Below the pieces are notes generated by a model. That model had not been told where the DNA came from and did no database searches. It saw nothing but the letters and a program-made list of their open reading frames with translations. A DNA stretch of 64,000 nucleotides from contig JAQGDQ010000100.1 of the NCBI GenBank assembly GCA_030141605.1, forward strand, positions 496,001 to 560,000, given 5' to 3'. Both the position numbers and the translations under genes were made by a program. The stretch's first letter is position 1. Each line of letters begins with the position of its first letter. Shown here one piece after another: positions 1 through 12,900 of this stretch. Source of the DNA: Tubiluchus corallicola. Its lineage: Eukaryota > Animalia > Priapulida.

Positions 1-527
1 TGATCCACTTGTTATTTACTATCAAGCCGCATTGTTCAAAATTTGCGATTAGGAATTAAATAGTGAAACCGCACCTTGTAAATTTAATTTATGAAGTGAG
101 CAATACTTGCTGTAAAGTTAAGAGAAACAGTTCTAAAATCAAATTCTGCTGAATGAAAAGCCCTCGAGCTTGTTGTATTTCTTTCTTAAAGGAACATATC
201 TTTAAGTTAGTAAGTTTGGTTCTAAGCTAAGCCGGCCGTTGTGCCACCATCGTCACAATATATAAACTCAGCTTTTAAGTCCTGTGTGGTACGTACTACT
301 CAAATTTAACTTCGCGTATAAGGTAGTAATAAACCGTGCGTCATACTAAAGCTGATAATTAATTCTAGTAATAACTAATAACTTACAGCAAAACAGTCAC
401 ATAAACCCTAAATCCTGGACGGAATATTTGTGGCTCGAACGTTTAATAGCGACACGTGCAGGTATGGGATTCATTGGCAATTAGCGAATTAGGACTAAAT
501 GACGAAAACGCCTTGTAAAAAGAATAT

Positions 528-665
528 ACTAGACTAGACTAGACTAGACTACACTAGACTAGACTAGACTAGACTAGACTAGACTAGACTAGACTAGAAT
601 AGAATAGAATAGAATAGAATAGAATAGAATAGAATAGAATAGAATAGAATAGAATAGAACAGAAC
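528..665. repeat. Compound pentanucleotide microsatellite (ACTAG)n-(AATAG)n
   Basis: Directly visible tandem ACTAG units switching to AATAG at ~598. Confidence 0.97.
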
Positions 666-1232
666 AGTTTTTTTCGTGGAGCTCATTAAATTGAATACAA
701 AATATTTCATAAAGGTGTAGCCTTATTGTTGTCAAAATTTACGATTATTTGATAAGCAAGATTTTATAACTGAAATATCACCTTTCCGTTAATACAAACT
801 GACAGTAAACAGAGTGCACACATCCTGGAAATAAATTACTTCCAAACTATTTAATCCAAACTGAAACCAACGAATTCCATTTGTTGTTATTTAACCTTCA
901 TTGTGAAGTGAAGAGCATTTGTGACAAGTGTTATCTTATGCAGAGTATTTTACTTGTTTAACAGAAGTTAAGAAGAGTAAGTTTATACAAACACACGTGA
1001 AATGCAGGGCTCCTATATATCCATTTATCCTGCAAGTAATCTCTTTTTAATCTTTGCGTATATTAAGGTTTTTGGCTGCCTTTTAGTGACCTTTCTAAAA
1101 TTTTCAAAGTCATAGTGTTCCAGAACAAACTTAATTCACATTTATAAAACTAATTACCCTCTGCGGTTGCGTGGTTTTCTTACGTTTGTTTACGTTTGGG
1201 GCTATTCACCTAGATGGAGAGTATCACTCGGA

Positions 1233-1270
1233 ATCACCATGGAAACCAGCGAAACGGTTGTCACGGAAAC
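1233..1270. promoter_or_regulatory. Two tandem RFX X-box-like motifs in the putative promoter of the EVC2-like gene
   Basis: ATCACCATGGAAAC (1233-1246) and GTTGTCACGGAAAC (1257-1270) each match the X-box consensus GTNNYYATRGNAAC with one mismatch. They lie just upstream of a candidate 5' UTR exon ending at donor AG|GTATGT (1373/1374). Confidence 0.6.
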
Positions 1271-1899
1271 CGATTACGACGAATACAAAATCAGGTGTAT
1301 TTGCTGTGTGACAGATGGAGACAGGTACGGGAAGGAACGCGCTCAAGGTGTTGGAGAGGATATTGATAGCTAGGTATGTTACTGTCATTATAATACACGG
1401 CTGCTTGCTGCGCGCTTTAGTGTTTTGTGTATTGAATCTGAGCATGTCAAATACATGCAGGTAGTCAATGTCGTGCTGTGGTTAAGATGTCAATGTGTAC
1501 TGTGCATGGTTAAATCTACTATATAGATAAGACGAGCGGATACAACTAGATTTCAGGTCTACAATTTTAAATGTAAGTTAGTCGAACTAATATTTAATAT
1601 TTATAGCTATTTTGTTATGCCAGCGTAACTTATAGGCCTATTGTTGTTGTTTTTTTAACAGTAGTACCAAGTATTGCTTGCTTTCGGATTTATCTAATCA
1701 TTCAGTTCAGCGCTCTGCAAACCGGAATCCAGAACTCGGAAACTGGGTTTACTTAATATAGATAGTTTTTGTTGGATGTGGCGGGACTGGAATCTAGTTC
1801 AATATCATAAATAATTTTCCAAGATGAGATACAGAACTGTCAAAGGCATATGTTTTCTTTCTTAATGTGATAAATAGCCAGGATGAGCCAAACTACCTA

Positions 1900-1972
1900 G
1901 AAGCAGTGTACTCCGTGGGCACTCATCCAATTACTGCCCAGGCTTCGTTGCTAGGCATAGACTGTGATCACT
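1900..1972 (-). other. Degenerate 5S-rRNA-like fragment (probably repeat/SINE-derived)
   Basis: cactcatccaattactgcccaggc...ttgctagg...gtgatc resembles the reverse complement of the 5S 3' half (CCCATCCAAGTACTAACCAGGC...TGCTTAG...GAGATC). It is partial and diverged. Confidence 0.3.
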
Positions 1973-3926
1973 GTCCAAATTAGACTATACATGTATATAA
2001 GAATATTGCATTGGGTTGGGCATGTACTTAAACTACCTCAAGAATTTCCTCTTCCTAAAGCATTACGTAAAGTTCTTAAAAAGACAAAAAAGGCAAGAGG
2101 GGGTCAGCTACTGATATATATAGATGTACTGCAAAAATATTTAGTAAATACAACTCTAGATTTGAGGGATGATGCAATATGGGCAGTATGAGGGAACATT
2201 TGGCATTAACAGGTGGAGCATGCCATGTTTTATAACGTAAAAACACCGATACATTATACATGTATATGCAAAGTTCAAAATTATATTTGCCGTTGACATA
2301 CATATAAATTAGATATTTTTTGAATTGAAGTTTTAATTGCAGTGGTACTGTCATTATGTTTTGTTTGATTGATTGGTTACGGACTTTTCCATTTTGTGTT
2401 TAGCGAGCTGCGAATCCTTCTTTGGATTCGCGGAAAAACATTTTTAATTAATTGGACGAATCCATTTTGCAGTATAGGGTGAGAGATTTCACCATTGTTT
2501 TAGCAAAAACAAGTTTCTCGTTTTGGTCTTATAAAATGATTGTTGTACGCACATAATGTAGATATACATGTAAAGTGGGATGTAACCACTAATTAAACCT
2601 ATAGCAACGGAGATAAATAAATAATTAATTTATAGTTAACAGTAATGATCGACATAGCGTAGTTTCGGAGTAAACAGGTTAGTTTGGGAAGGTGCCATTT
2701 TTAGCAATTAAACCTGTTATACAAAAGACGGGGAATCGGGGATCAAACTTTTATTATATATATAACGCAACGGAACACTGTACTTCTATTGTTTAAAACG
2801 TACGACTCAATATACGAGCATTTTGCATTCAACGGATGAAGTTTTTTAAGCAATATTCATTTTCGTTTACATGCGACGTTGTTAATTTATATAAAAGTTA
2901 TAACATGCCTTGCAGTTGTTAAAATTCAGTGGTATTTTAAAGTTAATATATTTTTATTATTTTTACGTTCTAACGCAAAATTATTTTCAACCAAGATTAT
3001 ATAAACTATATGTAAGAATCATATTCCTTTTTAACTTAGTAAAAAATTCCCATCGATATTCGCTTGCATGTCAGTAGAATGTACGTACGTATCTTTACTT
3101 TAAATTCTTTTAACAGTAGAAAAATTGGCACTTAGCCACAGCGCTTGTAGACGTGTAGAAAAATTTATAGGCAACGTTTTCACTTTCATAATTTTAGCAT
3201 ACAATTTTATTGATTAAGCCTATATTAATAATTAGAGCAGTGGTGGAATATAAGCTGAATATACCCGAGTGTATTGCATTGCCATAAATAATCGTGATAG
3301 TGCGCAGCTGCAATACTAGAAATACGTTTTCTCTCATGTTTATTGCGCTGCCCTTAAGCCATTATTAATTAGTTACTAGGACAACGGTTAACTGTTGTGC
3401 AATGTTTATTGTAGTTTATTTGGGGTTGGGGGGGGGGGGAGGAGTTTCACGAGCGTCTATATATGTTAATGAGCGACTTTCTTTCTTAATACTTTCTCTT
3501 AAATCTGTTACATCTTCAAACGATCGGGAAAATGGTCTGTTTGTGGTCCTGTTCATCTGATTTATTTGGTTTAAAGTCAGTCTGAGTTTTCTTGTGACTC
3601 GTCTTATGCTTAGGCTATGGAGCCTTTGTTATGGTGACTTATTCTTGTCTGTTGTTGAATGTAAATTAAAACAGCTCTATTTAACTTTAACGTTGAATTA
3701 TCTTAAATAGGTAGGCTTAATTTGAATTGTGCTTGGTATTAGCCTCAAACAAGCCAACTGCAACTAATAGGACAAAATTAGTTTCGAAACTCCTCAGTGA
3801 GATAAAATACCATTTGAGGGATATACTGAACGAATTAGATCTACACTGTAAAATAATTAATGGTAATTAAATATCTGTGTTTTTAATTGTGTTATAGCAT
3901 ACAAGGAATGTCTTAACACAGTGGAA

Positions 3927-6900
3927 ATGTTTCTGCTCTCTTATGTGATCACTGCGGTGGTACTCAGCTGGTCATTAGCATCTTGTCAAGATGTGCAGCT
4001 TTCTCTGCTGTCCAGTAATGGTAAGGGCCTGAGTATTGGTGACACACTGACCATCAATGTAACCATGAAAGCTGTAACTGACGCTCGGAATGTAATCCTC
4101 CGAGTCAGAGTGCACAAGTAAGTGCTTTTTTAGACAGTATTAGGATTTATAATTTAGGTAGTATCATTTGTTTCTTCTAACTAGGAATAGATTTATTCCT
4201 GTGATTCTAGGAATAAAAGTGCAAAATTTGATTCTTGGGCAAGATTTCACTGCATTAACTTCACTAATTTACTTTTAAATAGAATATGCACAATGCTACT
4301 GCATATTTGCAACATCTAGGTTGCTAGATGTCTCATTTTTTATATGCCATTCATACCTCAAAAAGCCCATTTGTTTGCTGCTATTTGAATAATGGGTACG
4401 TTGAATTACTGTCTTTTTTAACAAATTGCACTAAATGAGGCCAATAGCTACTGAAAGTATAGCACTACAGCAGAAATATAGAAAATTTGAATGCATGATC
4501 CGAATATTGAAAGCAAGAAAGAGCAAAACAGGAAAGATGAAAGAAGCAAGAGAGTGATGAAGGAAAAGAGAGAGGGACTTGCATGTTACTCAATTAATCT
4601 ATTGTAATTTTTTTGTCTTTATAGGTATCTATCTGTGGTTAGTGCTCGGGCTACTGTCTATTGCTTGTCCACTTCACTTGTTTGTAGAGGAGTGAACTTC
4701 CCCTTTACGGCAGAGCAGATAGCAGTCATGACTAGTGGTGAAACAGAAGCTCAAATACTGGCAGTAAACACTTTCTACAAAAACTGGAATGTTACTGTGA
4801 AAATTGTGATGCAGGTGGGTAACACGTTGCATTTAATTTATTTTTATATTGAAGAATCGTTGTTTGGATGTTAAGTTGTTTGTTATCGTTGTCATTAAGA
4901 ATCAGATGTTGTTATTGTTTCGTGTTCTTGTGCATATGTGTCAAATAAGTCGTCTTGTAGGAATCTATGGGCACATTTCCAAGCCTGTGGTGAGTTTGGG
5001 TTTAAATAGTTAAGGCTTAAGGTGCTTTTGGATGAACTGTAAATAATATTCTTGCGGGAACGAAATGCTATATATTTTCGACCCCCCTCCACATTGTGAT
5101 GATCTCTTCCGTACGAAGCCATTGCATAGTGTAAAACAATCGCTATGAAATGGCCTCATTGATTCAGCAGGTAAATGGGCAGGTGTCTTTACCATCACGG
5201 CACCTGTTCCGTAGACACAATCAGCATGAACTACTCTCGGCAAGTTTACTTCAACAAATCACAGTCTGACTTTATTAAGTTTTCATCATTCTGGCATTGA
5301 ACCTGGACTATTTGGCCTCTGAAATACGAGGTAACGAACCAACTAGGGAAGCCACCAATCAGAACCCCTGGCTGCAGAGACGCAGCATTGTTACAATATA
5401 TATATGCATGCTGCTAGAACAAAAACAAAAGCAAGTGTATGTAGGTAGTTTGGCTGTCATTGAATTCATTAAAAAATCTGACCGAAACACCAAGTACTAA
5501 ATCTGAGCAAACTAGAGTTGAACATAAGCCTGCTATGAAACTGCACAAGCATTCGTGATATCAGCATCTGACAGGTGACAACCAGTATAAATAATCATTA
5601 TAATTGTGGTCGTTTTTTGTAATTTTATTTGAATAGTGAAAGTTTGGACTTGAAACTAGAGTGATTACTCTTTCGCTTGCTGCAGGCTTCTAATTTCCCT
5701 GGTGGCAGGGAATGAGAGTGCTTGACAGTGACAGGCACCAACATTAATGATACAGATATGTGTCATGTAATATGGTGACAGTTTAGTTAACATGCCCATT
5801 TTAGCATTATATTGATGAAGTAATGAGTAGTGCAGACAGTGATGAGGTTAATACTAGTTTGTAGATGTTGGGAAATGTTGAAATTGCTCTAGACACTGGT
5901 GAAAACTTGCAGTAAACTCATGACTTCACCTGCCTGATAAAGATGCTTACCTGCATTGCACACTGATTGTACTGAAATACTAGTAAATTTAGTATATGCA
6001 TTTTATGTTAAAAAATAGTGGTATCAGAACATCAGTTTGAAATCCCACATTCATTTGGGGTTATGCAGTTGCAGTTTACAGTTTTATTTTTGTTATTGCT
6101 TATAAAAATCTTTGTTTTTGTCAGGTAACGAACAGGAGGGAGTTTTTTGACTCTCCACAAAATGGCACATTTACAGCCACCATACTTTATTACAAGAACA
6201 GGTACAGCACATTTGTAATCAGATTTTTCTGTAAGTTCCTGCCTATTTTCTGGCTAATCTGTATAGTTAATATATTGTTAATTATGTTACACATGAAAAA
6301 TGTTTCTATTATTTTTTAGGTTTGATAATAACTACTTTCGCTCCACAAAACAAATTTCTATAACGTACACGTCACGAAGGATAAATGCCATTTTGAGTAC
6401 CGAAAACCTGACAATGTTTGACGGTTATCTCAGCACATATCTCAATGAAGAATTATGGATGAATACAGAAATTTACATGGCTGAGGGATTTACGCCAATA
6501 GCAGTAGAATTTGTGCTGCCTCATATTGCACATCCCTATCGTCGTTGTAGATCTACACTAGAGCCATCTAGTGAACAGGATTGTGAGATACTTTCTCTTA
6601 TATCTCTTCAAGTTGACCCGCCGGATATGAGTGCTGTAACTGTGATAATTGGTAGCAGTTTACTGTACGACAGCTTTTTGTTGCCTAACATAACATTTAG
6701 TGCTAACCTGGAGCGAATATTTTTCGATTTTGGTGTGATAAGAAATATCGAAGATGGATTTTTGAATATTAATGATAAGATTATGGTGAAAATTCGAGTA
6801 CGAATTCGGCAGGTGAGTTTTTGTTTATGTCAGAGTGCAGAAGATCTTGGGCTCGAGTCCCAGTTTGTTTGCAAAATTTTTCAAACTTTCTGATTTAGTA

Positions 6901-9900
6901 TTGCTTTCTTGCATTCATATGATTTCAATGCACAAATTGATAGTCATAATAGATTTCTAGAAATGAGAAACAAAATTTCGTAGTTAAAATAATTTTAATG
7001 ACTGGATACTGTTAAGAAAAATGGGAAAGCATAGATTTATAAAACTTTGTCTTTTTTAATTTTCAGGGATATAATCGTGTTGGACAAATATTGCCATTTC
7101 TGTCAATAGCAAATTCATCTGTTGTTTTTAATTCTGAGAGTGTTAATACGGAGTTGATTATACGTGTCGTCGGGCCAGATCTCAGTATATATACTCAAGC
7201 CCAGCCGCAAGCTGGCATACAAGCCGGTGATGTAGTGACATTTACATCGACTGTATATCATTCTCCAGTATCAACAGAAAATATCACTGACCTTTGGGTG
7301 ATGTATATGATGATATTCATCAGCTTGTAATTAACGGATAATGTTATCTAGTGACAAGAGGAACTGTAATTATTTTATTGTCTGGGAAAATTTGAGGTTA
7401 CTGGTCACAAGATACCGGGCTTTACTAATCAGTACTGTAATAGAATGTGTGGTTAGCAGAACTTTAAAAGTGCTTAGATGCATTTCAAGAACAGGTGGGA
7501 AACTATAGATTGATTTCTGTCAGCCTGGAGACTATAATTCTCTCACTGATCCATTACTGATCCACTGATGTATTAGTTACATTCTTTTCTGTCATACATT
7601 AACTAGATGTAATTTCTTTAGCTAATGTTAATCTTATAAAAATGTCGAGCATATGTTGTGGATAATAAATTACAAATTGCAATTACAAGTAGCATCACTT
7701 GTATAATGGGAATTATAAAGCAACAAGCTTAATATGTTGAAATTATTTCTGGTACAATTAGTTGCTATTTTTTATTGAAGATATGTGGAAATGAGCGATT
7801 TGAATTGGCTTCTAATTCAAAATATCAAATTAAACTTTCTTATGTTACTTCTTTAATAATGATTCTTAACAATATTGGTTGTTAACACTTCTTTTAACTA
7901 TCAGTTTAGTAAAACTCTATAGATATAGTAATAATTGTGATTCAAGCAGATTTTTAACAATTTGAAAAAACAGTCAGTGAATTTTTCGTGTTTTTTTAGT
8001 TGTGGTCTAAACTACAAGGAGAAGGCTTGGTTTTTATTTCAAACATATCTTACCATTTTTCTACGAATCAGTATACTCCTATTACAGCTGATGCTAGTTA
8101 TTTGAATACGGGTCTCAAGATTGGATTTCTGGATAAGAATGACTGGATACGACTGGTTTTTCAGGTAATGTGTTTGTTTAATTCACTATCTAATTCAGGC
8201 GTAGATGGTGGTAGGTCGATTTTATGCATTCAAATTTTAAGACGTAATGCACATGTGTGTGTGAGACGCATTTGGCGAATGTAAAACTTTTGTCACAAGC
8301 GTTTAAGTGAGAACACAATTGCAAGTTTCTTGGTTTTAATCCTGATTCACTCATAATTCAGCACTGCCTTTCTTCTTCATTTAATTGGCTTTTAGTTAGT
8401 TGTTGTTAAATAGTGCCTATCTTAATGTTTTGTGAATCTGCTTCTATGGAAATTGATTTTAATATTAGCTTGGCACTACATATTTTTCAGGTTAACATTA
8501 CTGATGAAATCTTAATTAATTCACATCCGACTGTTAGAATAGATGCAAGCTACAATGGAGAGAGGGAAAATAATGCTGGTTAGTTCCATATCAATATCAA
8601 TTTAAAATATGTATATAAATATATAATTTGCATTTATTCAAAAAGTCATTCACTAAGGTAAGTGCCAGTAAGAGACCGAAACAAATGAGCATTGCAAAAT
8701 TATAAACAATACATACAATATATTTCTCTTTTGCTTCAAACATATTGTATGTATTGCTTTTAATTTTATAATTTTTTCTGAGTTAATAAAATGAATTGAA
8801 TTGAATAAATTAGTAATTAAAAGCACACACTTTATTCGTTGTGTGGTACTTTGCAGTCATTGCTTTTTTAAACTTTGGCCACTAGTACTGGTTCCACTAT
8901 CCCATGGCATTATTTGGAAGTATTATTCGCAATGCAACTATTACATATTTTTCCAGCACATTTCAAATGTTGTATCATTAAACCGCACAACTTATTTAAC
9001 TATAATATTTTAATTATTTAGGGATCAAAACGCTTTTTAGTTGCACTTGAAAAGTTGATGGCGTGTGTCCTAAACTTCATGCATTTTAACATTTGCTGTT
9101 TCAAGAACTTTGCAGTTGTTCATTGTATCAGTTATTTTACTGTTATGTTGAAGCATGCTTGTTAAAATAATTATTCACTAGGTTTGTGCAAAGTGAATGT
9201 TATTTGTGTTGCCTTTTTGCATCACTGTTTAGCAGGTGAAATGTTTTTAATGTGTGTGCAGCAATAAGATGAGAATAAGTATTGACATTTACTTTTTCAA
9301 TAGAATGCCTTTGTGTTTTTGTAATTTTAGTTGCCATTTGGTTGCTATACGTGAAAGTTTACATTTTATTAAACAAAGCGGTTTGTGTAAGAGTATTGAT
9401 CTTGTTCATTTGGTTTTCCTTATCTAACTCTCTAGTGTAAACTTTGGGAGAATCAACTAATAAAACACTCAAAAAACAATCAAGTAAACATTGTTCCATG
9501 TCCATGTATTTAAGTTGAAAAATAAGCAAGTAAACATTGTTCCATATCTATGTATTTAAGTGCTTTAATTAGTAATGGTTCTAAAGAAATTAACGTTTTA
9601 AAAACAAATTAACTGCATCTTTCTTTTTTATGGTTTTGCTATCTGAATGATATAAAAACCTTCTACAATTTTGTCACGCAGCTTTGTAGAGAATCTAATA
9701 TATTTGTGCGTACTATAAAACTTCTTAAGCACTGGTGTCCACTTTAATGAGATTTTTTCGTCACTCAAGCTTTAGCATACATTTAGTTAGTTTATTTAAA
9801 GAAAGTTATTCTGTTACATGTCTATGTGTGATTATTTAGCTGGAAAAAGGTTAAAAATTCGTGCAAGAACGTAAAATCGACAATATTTATGTACCTTTTT

Positions 9901-12900
9901 GATAACAGTTACCCTAAAAAAGAATCTGTACAGGGCAGAAAATTTGTACAATAAATAATTGTTTCCTAAAATAGTTAGCTAGAACACAATGAGGGTTCTG
10001 TCGAGAATTTGTTAAGAGGAGGGCTGAAAATATGTATTGGTGCATTTCCTAAACTGTCCATTGTTATCATTAAAGAAGAGCCATGTATAGGAAAGCACAT
10101 TTGGATTAGTCTAGCTTTTCTATGACCAAAGTTCTCTAGAAATGCTTACTGTTGCAACAGTAGTTCTCTATTTTGCATTTTTACTAACGTTGTTTGATAT
10201 GTTTTCGCAGGTAAAACTTACACTGCAATTTCCACTAAACCGTTTGCAGTGAAAAGCTTACGTTATTCATCCGATTTCCACATGCGATTCGGAGTCAGAA
10301 TCGACGAACCCGTGACAATAACACTGAACCTAGGCATGCCTCTAGGGACATTGAAAGATCTATCTGTTAGACTAGGTATATTATAATATTACTATCTGCG
10401 CCTATTATAAAAGTTATTATTTGGGGTTCATTCTAAACATTATTCGTCAGTGATAAGATAGATCCAATTGAGGTTCAATGACCTCATTGTTACTAAGACA
10501 TCCACTTCTTTGTATAAATTCTTTTGCTGCATTGAAAATTTTTATGTTCTACATATTTCATGGCTAAATTGATACTATTTGGTGTCACACGATATTAAAA
10601 AACGTTCACGAGCTGTACTTAACTGACTTAATAGCTATCCAATAGTATTGAGGGTTGAGAGTAGATATTTTATTAACGATGGAATCTGTTTTTTTATTTT
10701 AAGAATTTTTTACCAATGAAATCAATACCTGCAAAAAGTTTATATTTGTATTGAACTGTTTTTGAATAATTTGATTCTGTCAACGTCTTAAGAGTTTATT
10801 TAACCAAAGAAAAAAATAGGTATGAGGTTTCTTTTTGAATTTGACCCTTGTTGCTTAGTTGCATATTACCTTTTAGTTATGAGAAATTGCGTGGATTTTC
10901 TCTATTTATTTGTGTACGACTTATCATTTTTTGCAGAGTTCCAGTCTAGTGAATTTGATGAGCTTCCCATACGGATGATCCAGAGCAATGTAAAAGCAGG
11001 AGATGGATTTTTAATGGATCCAGCTGCGGCAAATTCCACTTCGTTTACTTGGAGTTCTACGCCAAAGTTGGCTAGTCTTGTGAGGCGCAGTGTGTCCTCC
11101 ATAGAGACAGAGAAGATTTTAGACGAAAATAATCAGTGTATATCTTGTAAAAACGAGGAGGTAGAATTAATTTGATATTTTTTTGTGATAAAAAATCAAG
11201 GCTTTAACGTATGTTTTGCGGTTATATTATTAAAAATATCAGATTAAGTTGACCACATGCGGATTTGTTTGTTCAAGGACTTACTAAATTAATTTGCCCT
11301 ATCTTTTTACTGAGTGTTGATATTGTATTATTCAAATTTGTGAAATGTCATCATGAGTATGATAAACAGTTGGTTTGGCATTTGCATTTCATTACACTAC
11401 AAAAAATTATTCACATATAAGCCTATTCTGTGTTTTTATTTTTATAACAGTAGGCAAATAGAGGGTCAGGAGGAGACTGATTAGTGTATAGTTCATGACC
11501 ACTTAGATTTAGTGCTCGCTCTGGGTGGTGTCCTTTGCCATACTGATTCTGGCTGCTTACCTTTTTGAGGGACGATGCGTAATGCATCCAAATTCCAAAC
11601 ATGGTTAGGATACGTCTGCTAGTTCATTGCCTGATCTTAGGATCACTGCCTTGATAATGAGTCAGGCGTCAGTGTTGCAGTGTCAGTATTAAGTAAGCTG
11701 TGCTATTGACAACTTGCAAGTATGCTGGAATCAATGAACTGTAAAGTGCTTCTCTAAGCTGCATATAGGGATGTTATTTGAAAATTAATTTAGAAAAATG
11801 CTAATGTAGAATGAGTTGCTCATATAGGCTGATAACTTTGACTTAAACTTTCACATAATTTTATGTCACTTATTGTTATACAATTTATTGTTTTAGTCAG
11901 GTAGTTATATTTGGTTTCATTGATTGTATGTTTATCACTTAGTCTGAAAAGTGATTGATTGAATTAAAACCAATTTTTAATGCTAAAATGACATATGATA
12001 ATTATTTAATAGTCTGTTTTACAGTTTTCGTTGCTTCTTTGCTGAAAATTGCCTTTGTTAATGAATCTTCAATGACGATCTTTTATGGACTGTATCATTC
12101 ATGAATGAAAGTTGCTGCGCTATTTCATAAATGTAAACTAACTAAATGTTTCTGATATTATCAGGTATCAGCAAACTCTTCACAAAAGCTTCGCCAGAAA
12201 CGACAACTTCAAACCGCAACAATGTTTGTGATGAGGTTTATTGGTGATGTGATTAATCCTGCTAGTGGTGGAATAAGTGGCAACTCTTTTAATGTATCAG
12301 TAAGTCCAATAATTCTTTACTTCATTTTGTGTGCAGGTGTCAAAATTATTGTGCTGATAGTGAGACATTGTATCTCTATAGTCATCACGATAAAACTTAG
12401 ATTTTATATTAACATACAAAATATCATAATATGTATTATGAAATATATTTTATTGTTTTTTCTCACTTTTATTATATAAGTTTATATGTATTATTACATT
12501 TTTGTAAATTTATATTTTATTTTCAGGATTCTGTTTACCTCCTATATATAATGTCCTTATGAGTGTGAAATGTGTTCAATTCAATTCAAATTTTACTTTT
12601 TGGTAGCTAGGACCACATAAAATACGAATGCAAAAATAAAAACATAATATTTATAGATGTAGTGTTAGTAGATGTAAGAGCTAGAAATTCTTGGAAAATT
12701 AATGATGTAATAATTCTCTCCATTTAAAAAAGAAAGATGTGTTTAGAGGTTCAAAACTACACTTGTTTCTTTTCTAGATGAGTTTCATCTTAACTAGTTT
12801 GCCGACAGTGCACACGGGTCAGACATTCACTGTAGCCCCCTCTATAGTGTTTAGTGGAAAACTTTTTGAGCTTGGCAGGCAGCACATTGAGATTGTTGAG

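Noticed and set aside
4895-5243. Minus-strand ORFs with a faint E2-enzyme-like phrase (LNPNSPQAW)
   Set aside because: No catalytic-core motif or splice support; more likely repeat debris or chance.
12527-12602. Exon-like segment with a strong TTTTCAG acceptor in EVC2-like intron 10
   Set aside because: The required phase-0 frame hits TGA after 11 codons, and exons 12165-12299 and 12778-12930 join in frame without it.
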